A DNA stretch of 46,504 nucleotides from Actinomycetota bacterium (GTDB lineage: Bacteria > Actinomycetota > Thermoleophilia > Gaiellales > Gaiellaceae). The notes below the pieces were generated by a model. That model made no database searches. It worked only from the letters and a program-made list of their open reading frames with translations, and had not been told where the DNA came from. The stretch lies in contig JBKPCT010000072.1 in the NCBI GenBank assembly GCA_046727515.1, positions 1-46,504 of the forward strand. Direction: 5' to 3'. A program made the position numbers and the translations under genes. Numbering within the stretch: position 1 is the stretch's first letter; each line of letters begins with the position of its first letter. This document shows, in pieces, positions 29,476 through 37,126 of the stretch.

Positions 29476-31307
29476 CGGACGTGTACCGTCGTCCAGACGC
29501 CCCGCTCGTCGGCGGCGACCTGATCCGGATTCGGGCCGACACGGATCGTGGCGACCACGTGCCCCAGCCTCGGATCGATGTGCGAAATGGTGCCGTCCTT
29601 GTAGTTCGCGACCCACACCCCGCCTCCGCCCGCAGCGACCGCGACCGGGTCGCGGCCGACCCGGATCCTGCGGACGAGCCTGCTCGTGCGCGGGTCGACC
29701 TGTGAGACAGTGTTGCCGAGACTGTTCGCGACCCAGACGTAGCCTTGGCCTGCACTGACGCCTTCCGCCCCGAGCCGCAGCGGCGTGCGCGCGACCACGC
29801 GGTTGTCCAAGGGGTCGATCCGCAGGAGCGCGTAATCGTCGGCGAGGAGGTCGCTGCTCGAGGCCCAGACGGAGCCCTCGCCCGCGGCGATCCCCTTCAG
29901 CGCCCCCTTCAGCGCATCGGTGGAGATCGTCGAGACGAACGAGGAGCTACGTGGGTTGACGTGCGACACGACCCCGGTCACCGGCGCGGCCAGCCACACG
30001 CCGGCGGCGCCGGACGCCGCGAGCTCCGCAGCCCGCGCTTCGTCCGGTACCACGAGCTGGTGGAGGTTCGCCCCTGTTCGCTCATCGAGCTGCGCCACGA
30101 GGCCGTCGGCGGTGATAACCCAGACCGAGCCCTCACCGGCCGTGATCGCGAGCGGCCCCGGCGCCGAGCCCGTCGCGGCGACGCGGTTCGTGCGTGGGTC
30201 GATCCTCGTGATCCGATTCTCGTCGTGCTCTGCGACCCAGACGCTTCCTCGGTCCACGGCCACGCCCGTCGGGTCGGAGCCGAGGTCGAACGTGGCCACG
30301 AGCCGGTTCTTCTTCGGATCGATGCGCTGGAGCGAGTCGACGGTCGGGGAGGCCGTCGGCGCGGTGCTCGGCCGCGGCGGGCCGTTGCCGCGGGAGAGGA
30401 GCAGCGCGGCGACCGTCGCGGCTAGGGCCACGAGCAACCCGGCCGCGATCACGAGCAGGAACTTGCGGTCGCGGACCACGACCTCCCGGAGACCGAGCGC
30501 CTCACGAGCGTCCGCGACCAGCTCGGCGCAGGTCTGGTAGCGGTCATCAGGCTCCTTTGCCAGCGCCCTCGCGACCACGGGCTCGAGTGCGGGGTGGGAG
30601 GGCGTTGCCGGCGCCGGATCGTGCAGGTGTGCCCAGAGCACGGCCAGCTCGGACGTCCGTGGATACGGCACCTCTCCCGTCAGGCACTCGTGGAGGACGC
30701 AGCCGAGCGCGTAGACGTCGGACCGCCCGTCGACGTCTCCGCCTGCCACCTGCTCGGGCGAGGCGTAGGCCGGCGTCCCGAGCGACGGCTCCCCGACGAC
30801 GGAGGGAACCGCCTCGCCGAGGCGGCGCGCGAGCCCGAAGTCGCTCAGGTACACATGGTCGTTGCCGTCGAGCAGGACGTTGGAGGGCTTCACGTCGCGG
30901 TGGACGAGGCCGCGGGCGTCGGCGGCGTCGAGCGCGGCTGCGATCTGTGCGCAGATCGCAACGACCCGCGCCGGCTCGAGGCGCCGTTCCCTGCGAAGCA
31001 GCGCTTTCAGGTCGGAGCCGTCCACATAGCGCATGACCAGATAGAGCTGCCCCTCGAACTCGCCTGCATAGTGGATCGGCACCACGTTCGAGTGCTCGAG
31101 CGCCGCCGCCGCCTCCGTCTCCGCCAGGAAGCGAGACCGGAAGCGTTCGTCCTCCGAGAGCTCCGGGACGACCAGCTTCAGGGCGACAGAGCGCTTCAGG
31201 CGGCTGTCGTAGGCGCGGTAGACCACGCCCATTCCGCCTCGACCGACCAGCTCCTCGAGCCGGTAGTCGAGGAGCTCGCCGCCGATCCGCAAACCCGGGG
31301 CGGTCAT
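29472..31307 (-). CDS. Ser/Thr protein kinase with single TM helix and extracellular beta-propeller (PknD-like architecture)
   Basis: ORF trimmed to ATG 31307 (MTAPGLRIGGELLDYRLEELVGRGGMGVVYRA...). Kinase motifs: VALK, HRDVKPSNVLL, DFGLAR, GTPAYASPE. TM helix FLLVIAAGLLVALAATVAALLL. After that come about six repeats of the G.VWV...N.V..IDPRT..V type. Confidence 0.92.
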   Translation of the reverse strand: MTAPGLRIGGELLDYRLEELVGRGGMGVVYRAYDSRLKRSVALKLVVPELSEDERFRSRFLAETEAAAALEHSNVVPIHYAGEFEGQLYLVMRYVDGSDLKALLRRERRLEPARVVAICAQIAAALDAADARGLVHRDVKPSNVLLDGNDHVYLSDFGLARRLGEAVPSVVGEPSLGTPAYASPEQVAGGDVDGRSDVYALGCVLHECLTGEVPYPRTSELAVLWAHLHDPAPATPSHPALEPVVARALAKEPDDRYQTCAELVADAREALGLREVVVRDRKFLLVIAAGLLVALAATVAALLLSRGNGPPRPSTAPTASPTVDSLQRIDPKKNRLVATFDLGSDPTGVAVDRGSVWVAEHDENRITRIDPRTNRVAATGSAPGPLAITAGEGSVWVITADGLVAQLDERTGANLHQLVVPDEARAAELAASGAAGVWLAAPVTGVVSHVNPRSSSFVSTISTDALKGALKGIAAGEGSVWASSSDLLADDYALLRIDPLDNRVVARTPLRLGAEGVSAGQGYVWVANSLGNTVSQVDPRTSRLVRRIRVGRDPVAVAAGGGGVWVANYKDGTISHIDPRLGHVVATIRVGPNPDQVAADERGVWTTVHVR

Positions 31308-31352
31308 TGAACAACTATACGGAGGTTTCGTCGCAGAAACTACGTGAAGCGA

Positions 31353-31380
31353 GCGAGACGGGCTCATGGGCCCGTCTCGC
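31353..31380 (-). terminator. candidate stem-loop terminator/attenuator between the repeat-protein gene and the kinase gene
   Basis: Perfect 11-bp stem GCGAGACGGGC / GCCCGTCTCGC with a 6-nt loop. The downstream tract on the minus strand is only moderately U-rich (UCGCUUCACGUAGUUUCU). Confidence 0.35.
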
Positions 31381-31412
31381 AGTCGCCCCTGCGGTTGCGG
31401 GATCACGCGGGA

Positions 31413-31919
31413 TCACGCATGGACGGGCTGCCGCCGCCGCCGGAGCGCGAGCGCGACGCCCAGGACGACGACGCCCAGGCCCGCCACGAAGCCTGCGCCG
31501 ACGCCCGCCGAGGCCCAGTCGAACGAGCTGTCACCGGACCCACCCGAAGACGGTGTGACGACCACGGTCGGGAGCGAGCTCGTGCCAGGGTACTGAATGC
31601 GCGCGAGCCACTCTGGGATCGCGATCTGGCCGTACTGGCTCGTCTTCTCGGCCGCAGCGCCCGTACGCGGCGTGCTCAGGTAGACGGTCGGCCGTGAGCT
31701 CGTGCCCGGGTACTGGGTGCGCGTCAGCCGCTCTGGAATCGCGATCGGGCCGGCCATGTACACCGTCGGCCGTGAGCTCGTGCCCGGGTACTGGATGCGG
31801 GCCAGCGAGTCGGGAACGGTGACGGTCGCCGGCGGAGCAGCTGTCGCGGGTGCCGCGGCCAGCAGCGCGAGGCCGAGCGCCAGTCCGATCAGGTTCCTGC
31901 TGTAGAGCTTGCGGAACAT
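31413..31919 (-). CDS. exported repeat protein with C-terminal TM anchor (three QYPGTSS(R/L)PTV repeats)
   Basis: 168 aa. Signal peptide MFRKLYSRNLIGLALGLALLAAAPATA. Repeats IAIPE(R/W)L(T/A)R(T/I)QYPGTSS(R/L)PTV. C-terminus GAGFVAGLGVVVLGVALALRRRRQ. The repeats are also visible at the DNA level. Confidence 0.7.
   Translation of the reverse strand: MFRKLYSRNLIGLALGLALLAAAPATAAPPATVTVPDSLARIQYPGTSSRPTVYMAGPIAIPERLTRTQYPGTSSRPTVYLSTPRTGAAAEKTSQYGQIAIPEWLARIQYPGTSSLPTVVVTPSSGGSGDSSFDWASAGVGAGFVAGLGVVVLGVALALRRRRQPVHA
31564..31816 (-). repeat. three ~60-68-nt direct repeats inside the surface-protein gene
   Basis: Units start at ~31564, ~31684 and ~31762 and share ACGGTCGG(C/G)..GAGCTCGTGCC(A/C)GGGTACTG..TGCG. 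The spacing is unequal (120 and 78 nt). They encode the QYPGTSS(R/L)PTV repeats. Confidence 0.8.
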
Positions 31920-32078
31920 CTCGTCCTCCTTCGTCCCGTGGTCCGGATTGACCTGTCGCGGCCAACGCTGCCGCGGCGCGCTGAGGGTTCGCTGAGCGAT
32001 CGCTTGGACCCCGGTCGAGCTGCGCGTCCGAGCAACGGGCAGACGGCGTCGTCGTGGAGCCGGACCCTGGCCAGGCGA

Positions 32079-32096
32079 ATGTCAGACGATTAGACT
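32079..32096 (+). promoter_or_regulatory. ATGTCAGAC motif followed by a TAGACT -10-like box upstream of the nitrilase-family gene
   Basis: AATGTCAGACGAT 32078-32090. TAGACT 32091-32096. ATG 32108. Confidence 0.45.
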
Positions 32097-32107
32097 CGTC
32101 CCCCGAG

Positions 32108-32940
32108 ATGCGGGTCGCGGTGGCCCAGATCGAGCCGAAGCTCGCCGAGAAAGAGCGTAATCTCGAGACCTGCTTCGCGCGGCTGGAGGAGGCGGCGGCC
32201 GCGGGTGCGGAGTTGCTCGTGCTGCCGGAGTGCGCGATCCCGGGCTACATGTTCGACAGCGCCGAGGAGGCGCTCCCCTACGCGGAGGAGATTCCCGGCG
32301 CGTCGGCGGAGGCGTTCGAGCGCGAGTGCGGCCGGCTCGGCATCCATGCGATCTGCGGGCTCCTGGAGCGGGACGGGGACACGCTCCACAACTCCGCAAT
32401 CCTCGTCGGGCCGGACGGCCTGATCGGCTCCTATCGCAAGACGCACCTGCCCTTCCTCGGCGTGGACCGTTTCGTCGTACCGGGCGACGAGCTGAAGGTC
32501 TTCGACACTGCGCTCGGCCGGATCGGACTGATCATCTGCTACGACCTCCGGTTCCCCGAGGTCACGCGCACGCTCGCGCTGCGCGGCGCGGACCTGGTGG
32601 CGCTGCCGACGAACTTCCCGATGGCGGCGAGGGTGCAGACGGAGCTGATCACGGTCGCGCGGGCCGCGGAGAACCTGTCTACCTGCTGTGCGCGAACCGG
32701 GTCGGCAAGGAGCGCTGGGGCGAGTTCTGCGGCTGGAGCCAGATCGTCGACCCGTACGGAACGCGTCTGGCCGAGGCGGGCGACACCGAGGAAGCCCTGC
32801 TCGTCGCCGAGGTCGACGTCGAGAAGGCGAGGGACAAGGACTACATCGTTCCCGGTGAGTACGAGCTCTACCTCTTCGGCCACCGCCGCCGCGAGCTGTA
32901 CGGGGCGCTGGTCGAGGAGCAGAGCCCGGTCGAAGCCTGA
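32108..32940 (+). pseudogene. carbon-nitrogen hydrolase (nitrilase superfamily) gene with a single-base frameshift
   Basis: Frame 1 from ATG 32108: MRVAVAQIEP...LVLPECAIPGY...YRKTHLP...LIICYDLRFPE...ITVARAAEN. The conserved continuation VYLLCANRVGKERWGEFCGWSQIVDPYG...ALLVAEVDV is in the -1 frame and ends at 32940. The shift lies at AACC-TGTC ~32674, where a C-run is one base short. The E-K-C triad motifs are all present. Confidence 0.8.
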
Positions 32941-32960
32941 GCACAAGAGAGGAGCGAGCG

Positions 32961-33926
32961 ATGGCCAAGGTCGAGGAGACCTTCACGTGGGAGGCGCTGC
33001 ACGAGCAGGACGGGCTCAAGGTGTCGAAGAGCCCATGGGGTCCGGACGACGAGATCGGCCGGCTGAACTGGATCACCCCCGAGACGAACCAGGCGATCCT
33101 CGAGCACCTCGACGGCGCGCACCTGTTCGACCTGAACGTCGAGTATTTCATCGGCATGCCCTCGTGGTCCGCGGCCGGCGATCCGCCGTACGGGATCTGG
33201 ATGACGCACACACCCCAGGGCTCGATCAACGACAACCTCACCGGGCTCGGAGCCGCGACCCATGAGAGGTACTCGTACTGCGGCGACTCGATCCACCTGT
33301 ACACGCATTGCGGGACCCATGTCGACACGCTCAACCACCTCGGCCACGACGGGATGTTCTGGAACGGCTGGACGGCGGACAGGGACCTCGGTAGCAGGAT
33401 GTGGAACAAGGGCGGCCTCGAGAAGTACCCGCCGATCGTTGCCCGTGGAGTCCTCCTCGACGTCGCGGGGATGCACGGCGTCGACCAACTCGAGGCCGGC
33501 TACCAGATCACGCCGCAGGATCTCCAGGACACGATCGCGAAGCAGGGAGTCGAGCTGCGCAAGATGGACGTCGTTCTCGTGCGAACGGGCCGGATGCAGG
33601 CCTGGCCGGACTTCGACGGATATCTCCAGCGCTCACCGGGAATCAACCTGGCCTCGGCGCAGTGGCTCTGCGAGGAGGCCGGCGCGATGTGCATCGCCGG
33701 CGACACGATCGGACTCGAGGTGATGCCGTGGGACGAGCCCGACGCGTTCCTACCCGTGCATTGCTACATGTTCGCGGCCGCGGGCGCCCAGATCATCGAG
33801 GTCGTCGACATGGAGGAGATCGCGGCCGAGAAACAGTACGAGTTCGCGTTCCTCGGCTTCCCGATGAAGCTCCGCGGCGCGACCGGCGCTCCGATGCCCT
33901 CCTACGCGGTGCCGCTCAGGAGCTGA
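32961..33926 (+). CDS. putative cyclase family protein (kynurenine formamidase-like metal amidohydrolase)
   Basis: 321 aa. HCGTHVDTLNH fits the HxGTHxDxxxH motif of the cyclase/KynB family. SD GAGAGGAG upstream. Confidence 0.88.
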   Translation: MAKVEETFTWEALHEQDGLKVSKSPWGPDDEIGRLNWITPETNQAILEHLDGAHLFDLNVEYFIGMPSWSAAGDPPYGIWMTHTPQGSINDNLTGLGAATHERYSYCGDSIHLYTHCGTHVDTLNHLGHDGMFWNGWTADRDLGSRMWNKGGLEKYPPIVARGVLLDVAGMHGVDQLEAGYQITPQDLQDTIAKQGVELRKMDVVLVRTGRMQAWPDFDGYLQRSPGINLASAQWLCEEAGAMCIAGDTIGLEVMPWDEPDAFLPVHCYMFAAAGAQIIEVVDMEEIAAEKQYEFAFLGFPMKLRGATGAPMPSYAVPLRS

Positions 33927-34917
33927 AGACGTCGAGCCGTAGCAGCGCCGAGACCACCGGGTAGGGCACGTCCACGACCTCCGAGATCCGGAGGTCGACG
34001 GCGACGCTGCACAGCGCATACGCGGCGGGTCGCTCGAAGCCGTAGCGCTGCTCGAGGTGCTCGATCATCCCGAGCAGCGCCGCGCGCGCGGCCGCATTCA
34101 GGTCCATGCCGGCGTCGACCGGGATGCCCGTGGTCGCGAAGGAGGGGCGCCCGGGGCGCGGCGGGGTCTCGTAGCGCGGCGTCGCCGGCGCGGGGCCGTC
34201 GTGCAACCTGAACCGGACGGTGACCGCGCCTGCGACCTCGATCGCCGTCCCGCAGACCTCGCCGTCGCCCTGGGCGAAGTGGAGGTCGCCGACCGAGACG
34301 AGGGCACCGGGGACGTCGACGGGCAGCCACAGCCGGCTGCCGGCGACGAGCTGCCGGACGTCCATGTTCCCGCCCGTCTCGCGCGGGGGGATCGTTCGCA
34401 GCCCGTCTGCGGCCTCGGGCGGGACGGCCGACTCCGGCATCGGGTCGGCGACGAGCCGGCCGCGGGCGCGGAGCTCCTCCTCCCGCCGCCGGAACGCCTC
34501 GAGCCGCTCGCGCGACGGCGCGACCCCGATCACCCCGGCGAACAGCTCCTCCGGTACGACAACTCCCGGCAGCTCGTGTGAGCGGGCCACACCGTCGGCG
34601 ATCTCCCACTTGACGAGGTAGGGGTCCGGGAACAGATCGGCGAGGAATCCGAAGCCGGGGATGACGGCGGTGCTGCCGAAGTCGTCGGACTCGTAGGCCA
34701 GGAGCTCGACCTCGAGCACCTGGCCGGGGTCCGCGCCTTTCACGTACACCGGGCCCGTGAGCGGGTGGCCGAGTCCCAGGTTGGCGCGCCCGACGTCGGC
34801 GTGGGTGCTCTCGCGTGTGAACTGTCCGCCGAGCCCCTCATCGGTCTCGAGCCTGATCTCATCGACGGGCGCGACTTCGGCGATCGGGGGTACGTCGGGG
34901 TGCCAGCGGTTGTGCAT
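33916..34917 (-). CDS. acetamidase/formamidase family protein (FmdA/AmdA)
   Basis: ORF trimmed to ATG 34917 (MHNRWHPDVPP...), coupled to the GAF gene stop (TGATG). TGPVYVKGADPGQVLEVE, GGNMDVRQL, VGDLHFAQGDGEV are FmdA-family motifs. The 3' end overlaps the cyclase gene by 11 nt. Confidence 0.88.
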   Translation of the reverse strand: MHNRWHPDVPPIAEVAPVDEIRLETDEGLGGQFTRESTHADVGRANLGLGHPLTGPVYVKGADPGQVLEVELLAYESDDFGSTAVIPGFGFLADLFPDPYLVKWEIADGVARSHELPGVVVPEELFAGVIGVAPSRERLEAFRRREEELRARGRLVADPMPESAVPPEAADGLRTIPPRETGGNMDVRQLVAGSRLWLPVDVPGALVSVGDLHFAQGDGEVCGTAIEVAGAVTVRFRLHDGPAPATPRYETPPRPGRPSFATTGIPVDAGMDLNAAARAALLGMIEHLEQRYGFERPAAYALCSVAVDLRISEVVDVPYPVVSALLRLDVFSS

Positions 34918-35354
34918 CAGATCAGCTCCGCCGCCCGGGCCGCGGTTGCGCGGCACGCCTCGATCTCTGCCTCCGTCCAGTGCCTGGGCGACCCGAGCTG
35001 GTGGAGCGAGATGATGCCCTTGACCCCGCCTTCCGTCAGGACGGGCGTGACGATCTGCGCGGCGAGCCCGCCGTAGGTCTCGCGCATCCGGTGGAAGGCC
35101 GGGTCGTCGTACGCCGCCGGGCAGTCGTTCTGCACGACCTGGCGGCCGGCCGCGACCTCCAGCGCGACCGGCTGGTTCCTCAGGTCGACGGTCCGCTCGT
35201 GCCTCAGCGAGGCGACGCCCGGGGCGAGCGCCTCGTGCGTGACCGGGAACGCGTAGTCGCCGGGAAGATCCTGCCGCAGGGTGACGCGGCTCGCGCCGGT
35301 GTGTGTGAGCAGAGCCTGGAGGAGATCGTCGATCTCGGCACGGGAGGCGACCAT
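34917..35354 (-). CDS. stand-alone GAF-domain protein
   Basis: ORF trimmed to ATG 35354 (MVASRAEIDDLLQALLTHTGASRVTLRQD...GIISLHQLGSPRHWTEAEIEACRATAARAAELI). This is a GAF-like pattern with no output domain. Confidence 0.7.
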   Translation of the reverse strand: MVASRAEIDDLLQALLTHTGASRVTLRQDLPGDYAFPVTHEALAPGVASLRHERTVDLRNQPVALEVAAGRQVVQNDCPAAYDDPAFHRMRETYGGLAAQIVTPVLTEGGVKGIISLHQLGSPRHWTEAEIEACRATAARAAELI

Positions 35355-35511
35355 CCTACGTCGAGCCGTCCGGGACGCTGCTGGGCCCGTGCCGCACGAC
35401 CAGCATCCCATGGGCTGCTTGAAGGAACAACCGAGGCAATCTACATAGCGGCGTCTCCTGCCACGCCGGCGCCCGCGCCGGGTGCCGAAACGGGGTTAGG
35501 CTACGGAGGCC

Positions 35512-36210
35512 GTGGCCGACGACATCACCGGCGCGCTGGAGACGGTCTTCTCGGCCGACTCCGAGCTTTACCGAGGCCGAGGGTTCATGCGGCGCGTCGG
35601 CTTCGGCAGGCGTCCGGCGCTGATCAACATCGACCTCGCGAACGCCTGGACCCGTCCCGGCAACCCGTTCACGTGCGACGGCATGGACGTGATCTTGCCC
35701 GGAGTCCAGCGCCTGCTGGCGGCCGGGAGGGCGAAGGGCATACCGATCGTCTTCACGACGACCGCCTACGCGGTCAGCGAGGGGCCGAACACGGACATGG
35801 GCCTCTGGCACCACAAGATCCCGGTCGAGGTGCTCCGGCTCGGGACGGACGCGGTCGCCATCGACGAGCGGATCGCCCCGGAGCCCGGCGAGCACGTGAT
35901 CGTCAAGAAGTTCGCGAGCGCGTTCCACGGCACGTACCTCGCCGGGTTCCTGCGCGCCGCCGGCGTCGACACGGTGATCGTCACGGGCGTGACGATGGCG
36001 GGCTGCGTCCGGCACACGGTCGAGGACGCGCTCGGGTTGGGCTTCCGACCGATCGTCGTCCGGGAGTGCGTCGGCGATCGAGTCGCCGGCGCCGTCGAGT
36101 GGAACCTCTTCGACATCGACGCGAAGTTCGGTGACGTCGAGCCACTCGAGACCGTGCTCGAGCACCTCGCGAACGTCACTCTCGAAGCGCCGCTGCTTCC
36201 AGCCCCTTGA
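35512..36210 (+). CDS. isochorismatase-like cysteine hydrolase, paralogue of 19261..19914
   Basis: 232 aa. ALINIDL, VIVKKFASAFHGT, VTGVTMAGCVRHT, NLFDIDAKFGDV parallel the first copy (NLFDIDAKYADV). GGAGG lies upstream of GTG 35512. Confidence 0.88.
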   Translation: MADDITGALETVFSADSELYRGRGFMRRVGFGRRPALINIDLANAWTRPGNPFTCDGMDVILPGVQRLLAAGRAKGIPIVFTTTAYAVSEGPNTDMGLWHHKIPVEVLRLGTDAVAIDERIAPEPGEHVIVKKFASAFHGTYLAGFLRAAGVDTVIVTGVTMAGCVRHTVEDALGLGFRPIVVRECVGDRVAGAVEWNLFDIDAKFGDVEPLETVLEHLANVTLEAPLLPAP

Positions 36211-37102
36211 CGAGGGCCGTAATCGTCTGATTCACCGGTGTCTCGACGCCGATCGCGCGCCCGACACGTGGGATCGCGCCGTTGATGAAGTCGATCTCCA
36301 GGCGGCGCCCAGCCTCCAGGTCGAGCAGCATCGACGGCCTCGCGTCGGGAATCTTCAGCGCGAACTGACGGACATACGCGATCGGATCGTCGAAGTCGAA
36401 CCGGACGTCCGCCGCGCGGCCGACCTCGAACGCCTCCGCCGCGCAGCCGGCGGCGACACTCCATGCGTTCGCGTCGTCGATCACCTCGCCGATCGTCCGC
36501 CCGAGAACGGTGCAGGTCCCGCTGAACGCGACGTTGCAGACGAGCTTCTCCCAGACGAGCCGCTGTACGTCGTCGAACGTCCGGACGGTGAAGCCGGCGC
36601 CGCGCCAGACCTCGGCCACCTCCTCGATCCGCGGCGACACCGGGCCGTCGCGCTCACCGAGCCGGATCAGCTCCAGCCGGTGGTGATGGACATGCCCCGG
36701 CTCCACGACCGACGCGCCGAAGCCGCCGGCGACCCCGACCGCGACCCGGTCGTCTCCGAGCACTCCCGCGACGATGTCCGGGCCGCCGAGGCCGTTCTGG
36801 ATCGAGAGCACGAGCGTCCCGCTCCCGAGGAGCGGGCGCGCAGCCTCGGCTGCAGCCTCGACGTCCATCGCCTTGGTCGCGAGGATGACCAGGTCGGCCG
36901 CGCCCGCCTCGGCCGGATCCGTGGTCGCACGGATCGGGACGACGCGGTCACCGCTCGCGCCCTCGACGCGTAGGCCGTGGTCGCGGATGGCATCGACGTG
37001 CTCGCGCCAGCGGTCGATCGCCCACACCTCGTGGCCGGCGCCGGCGAGCAGGCCCGCGTAGACGGAGCCCATTGCGCCTGCGCCGACCACTGCGATCTTC
37101 AT
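36176..37102 (-). CDS. 2-dehydropantoate 2-reductase family (ApbA/PanE) oxidoreductase
   Basis: 308 aa. MKIAVVGAGAMGSVYAGLLAGAGHEV Rossmann, ILATKA, SIQNG, WEKLVCN, SMLLDLEAGRRLEIDFINGA. The 3' end overlaps 35512..36210 by 35 nt. Confidence 0.88.
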   Translation of the reverse strand: MKIAVVGAGAMGSVYAGLLAGAGHEVWAIDRWREHVDAIRDHGLRVEGASGDRVVPIRATTDPAEAGAADLVILATKAMDVEAAAEAARPLLGSGTLVLSIQNGLGGPDIVAGVLGDDRVAVGVAGGFGASVVEPGHVHHHRLELIRLGERDGPVSPRIEEVAEVWRGAGFTVRTFDDVQRLVWEKLVCNVAFSGTCTVLGRTIGEVIDDANAWSVAAGCAAEAFEVGRAADVRFDFDDPIAYVRQFALKIPDARPSMLLDLEAGRRLEIDFINGAIPRVGRAIGVETPVNQTITALVKGLEAAALRE

Positions 37103-37126
37103 TGCATGGAGTACGCTGTCACAACG

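Noticed and set aside
31564-31816. Possible CRISPR-like or non-coding tandem repeat
   Set aside because: The units are inside a GC3-biased ORF and translate into a conserved peptide repeat. The spacing is irregular, there are no spacer-like unique segments of constant length, and no cas genes are present.
32054-32107. GTG 32054 as the start of the nitrilase-family gene
   Set aside because: It would add 18 non-conserved residues and place the start upstream of the GTCAGAC/TAGACT promoter-like elements. MRVAVAQIEP at ATG 32108 is the typical family N-terminus.
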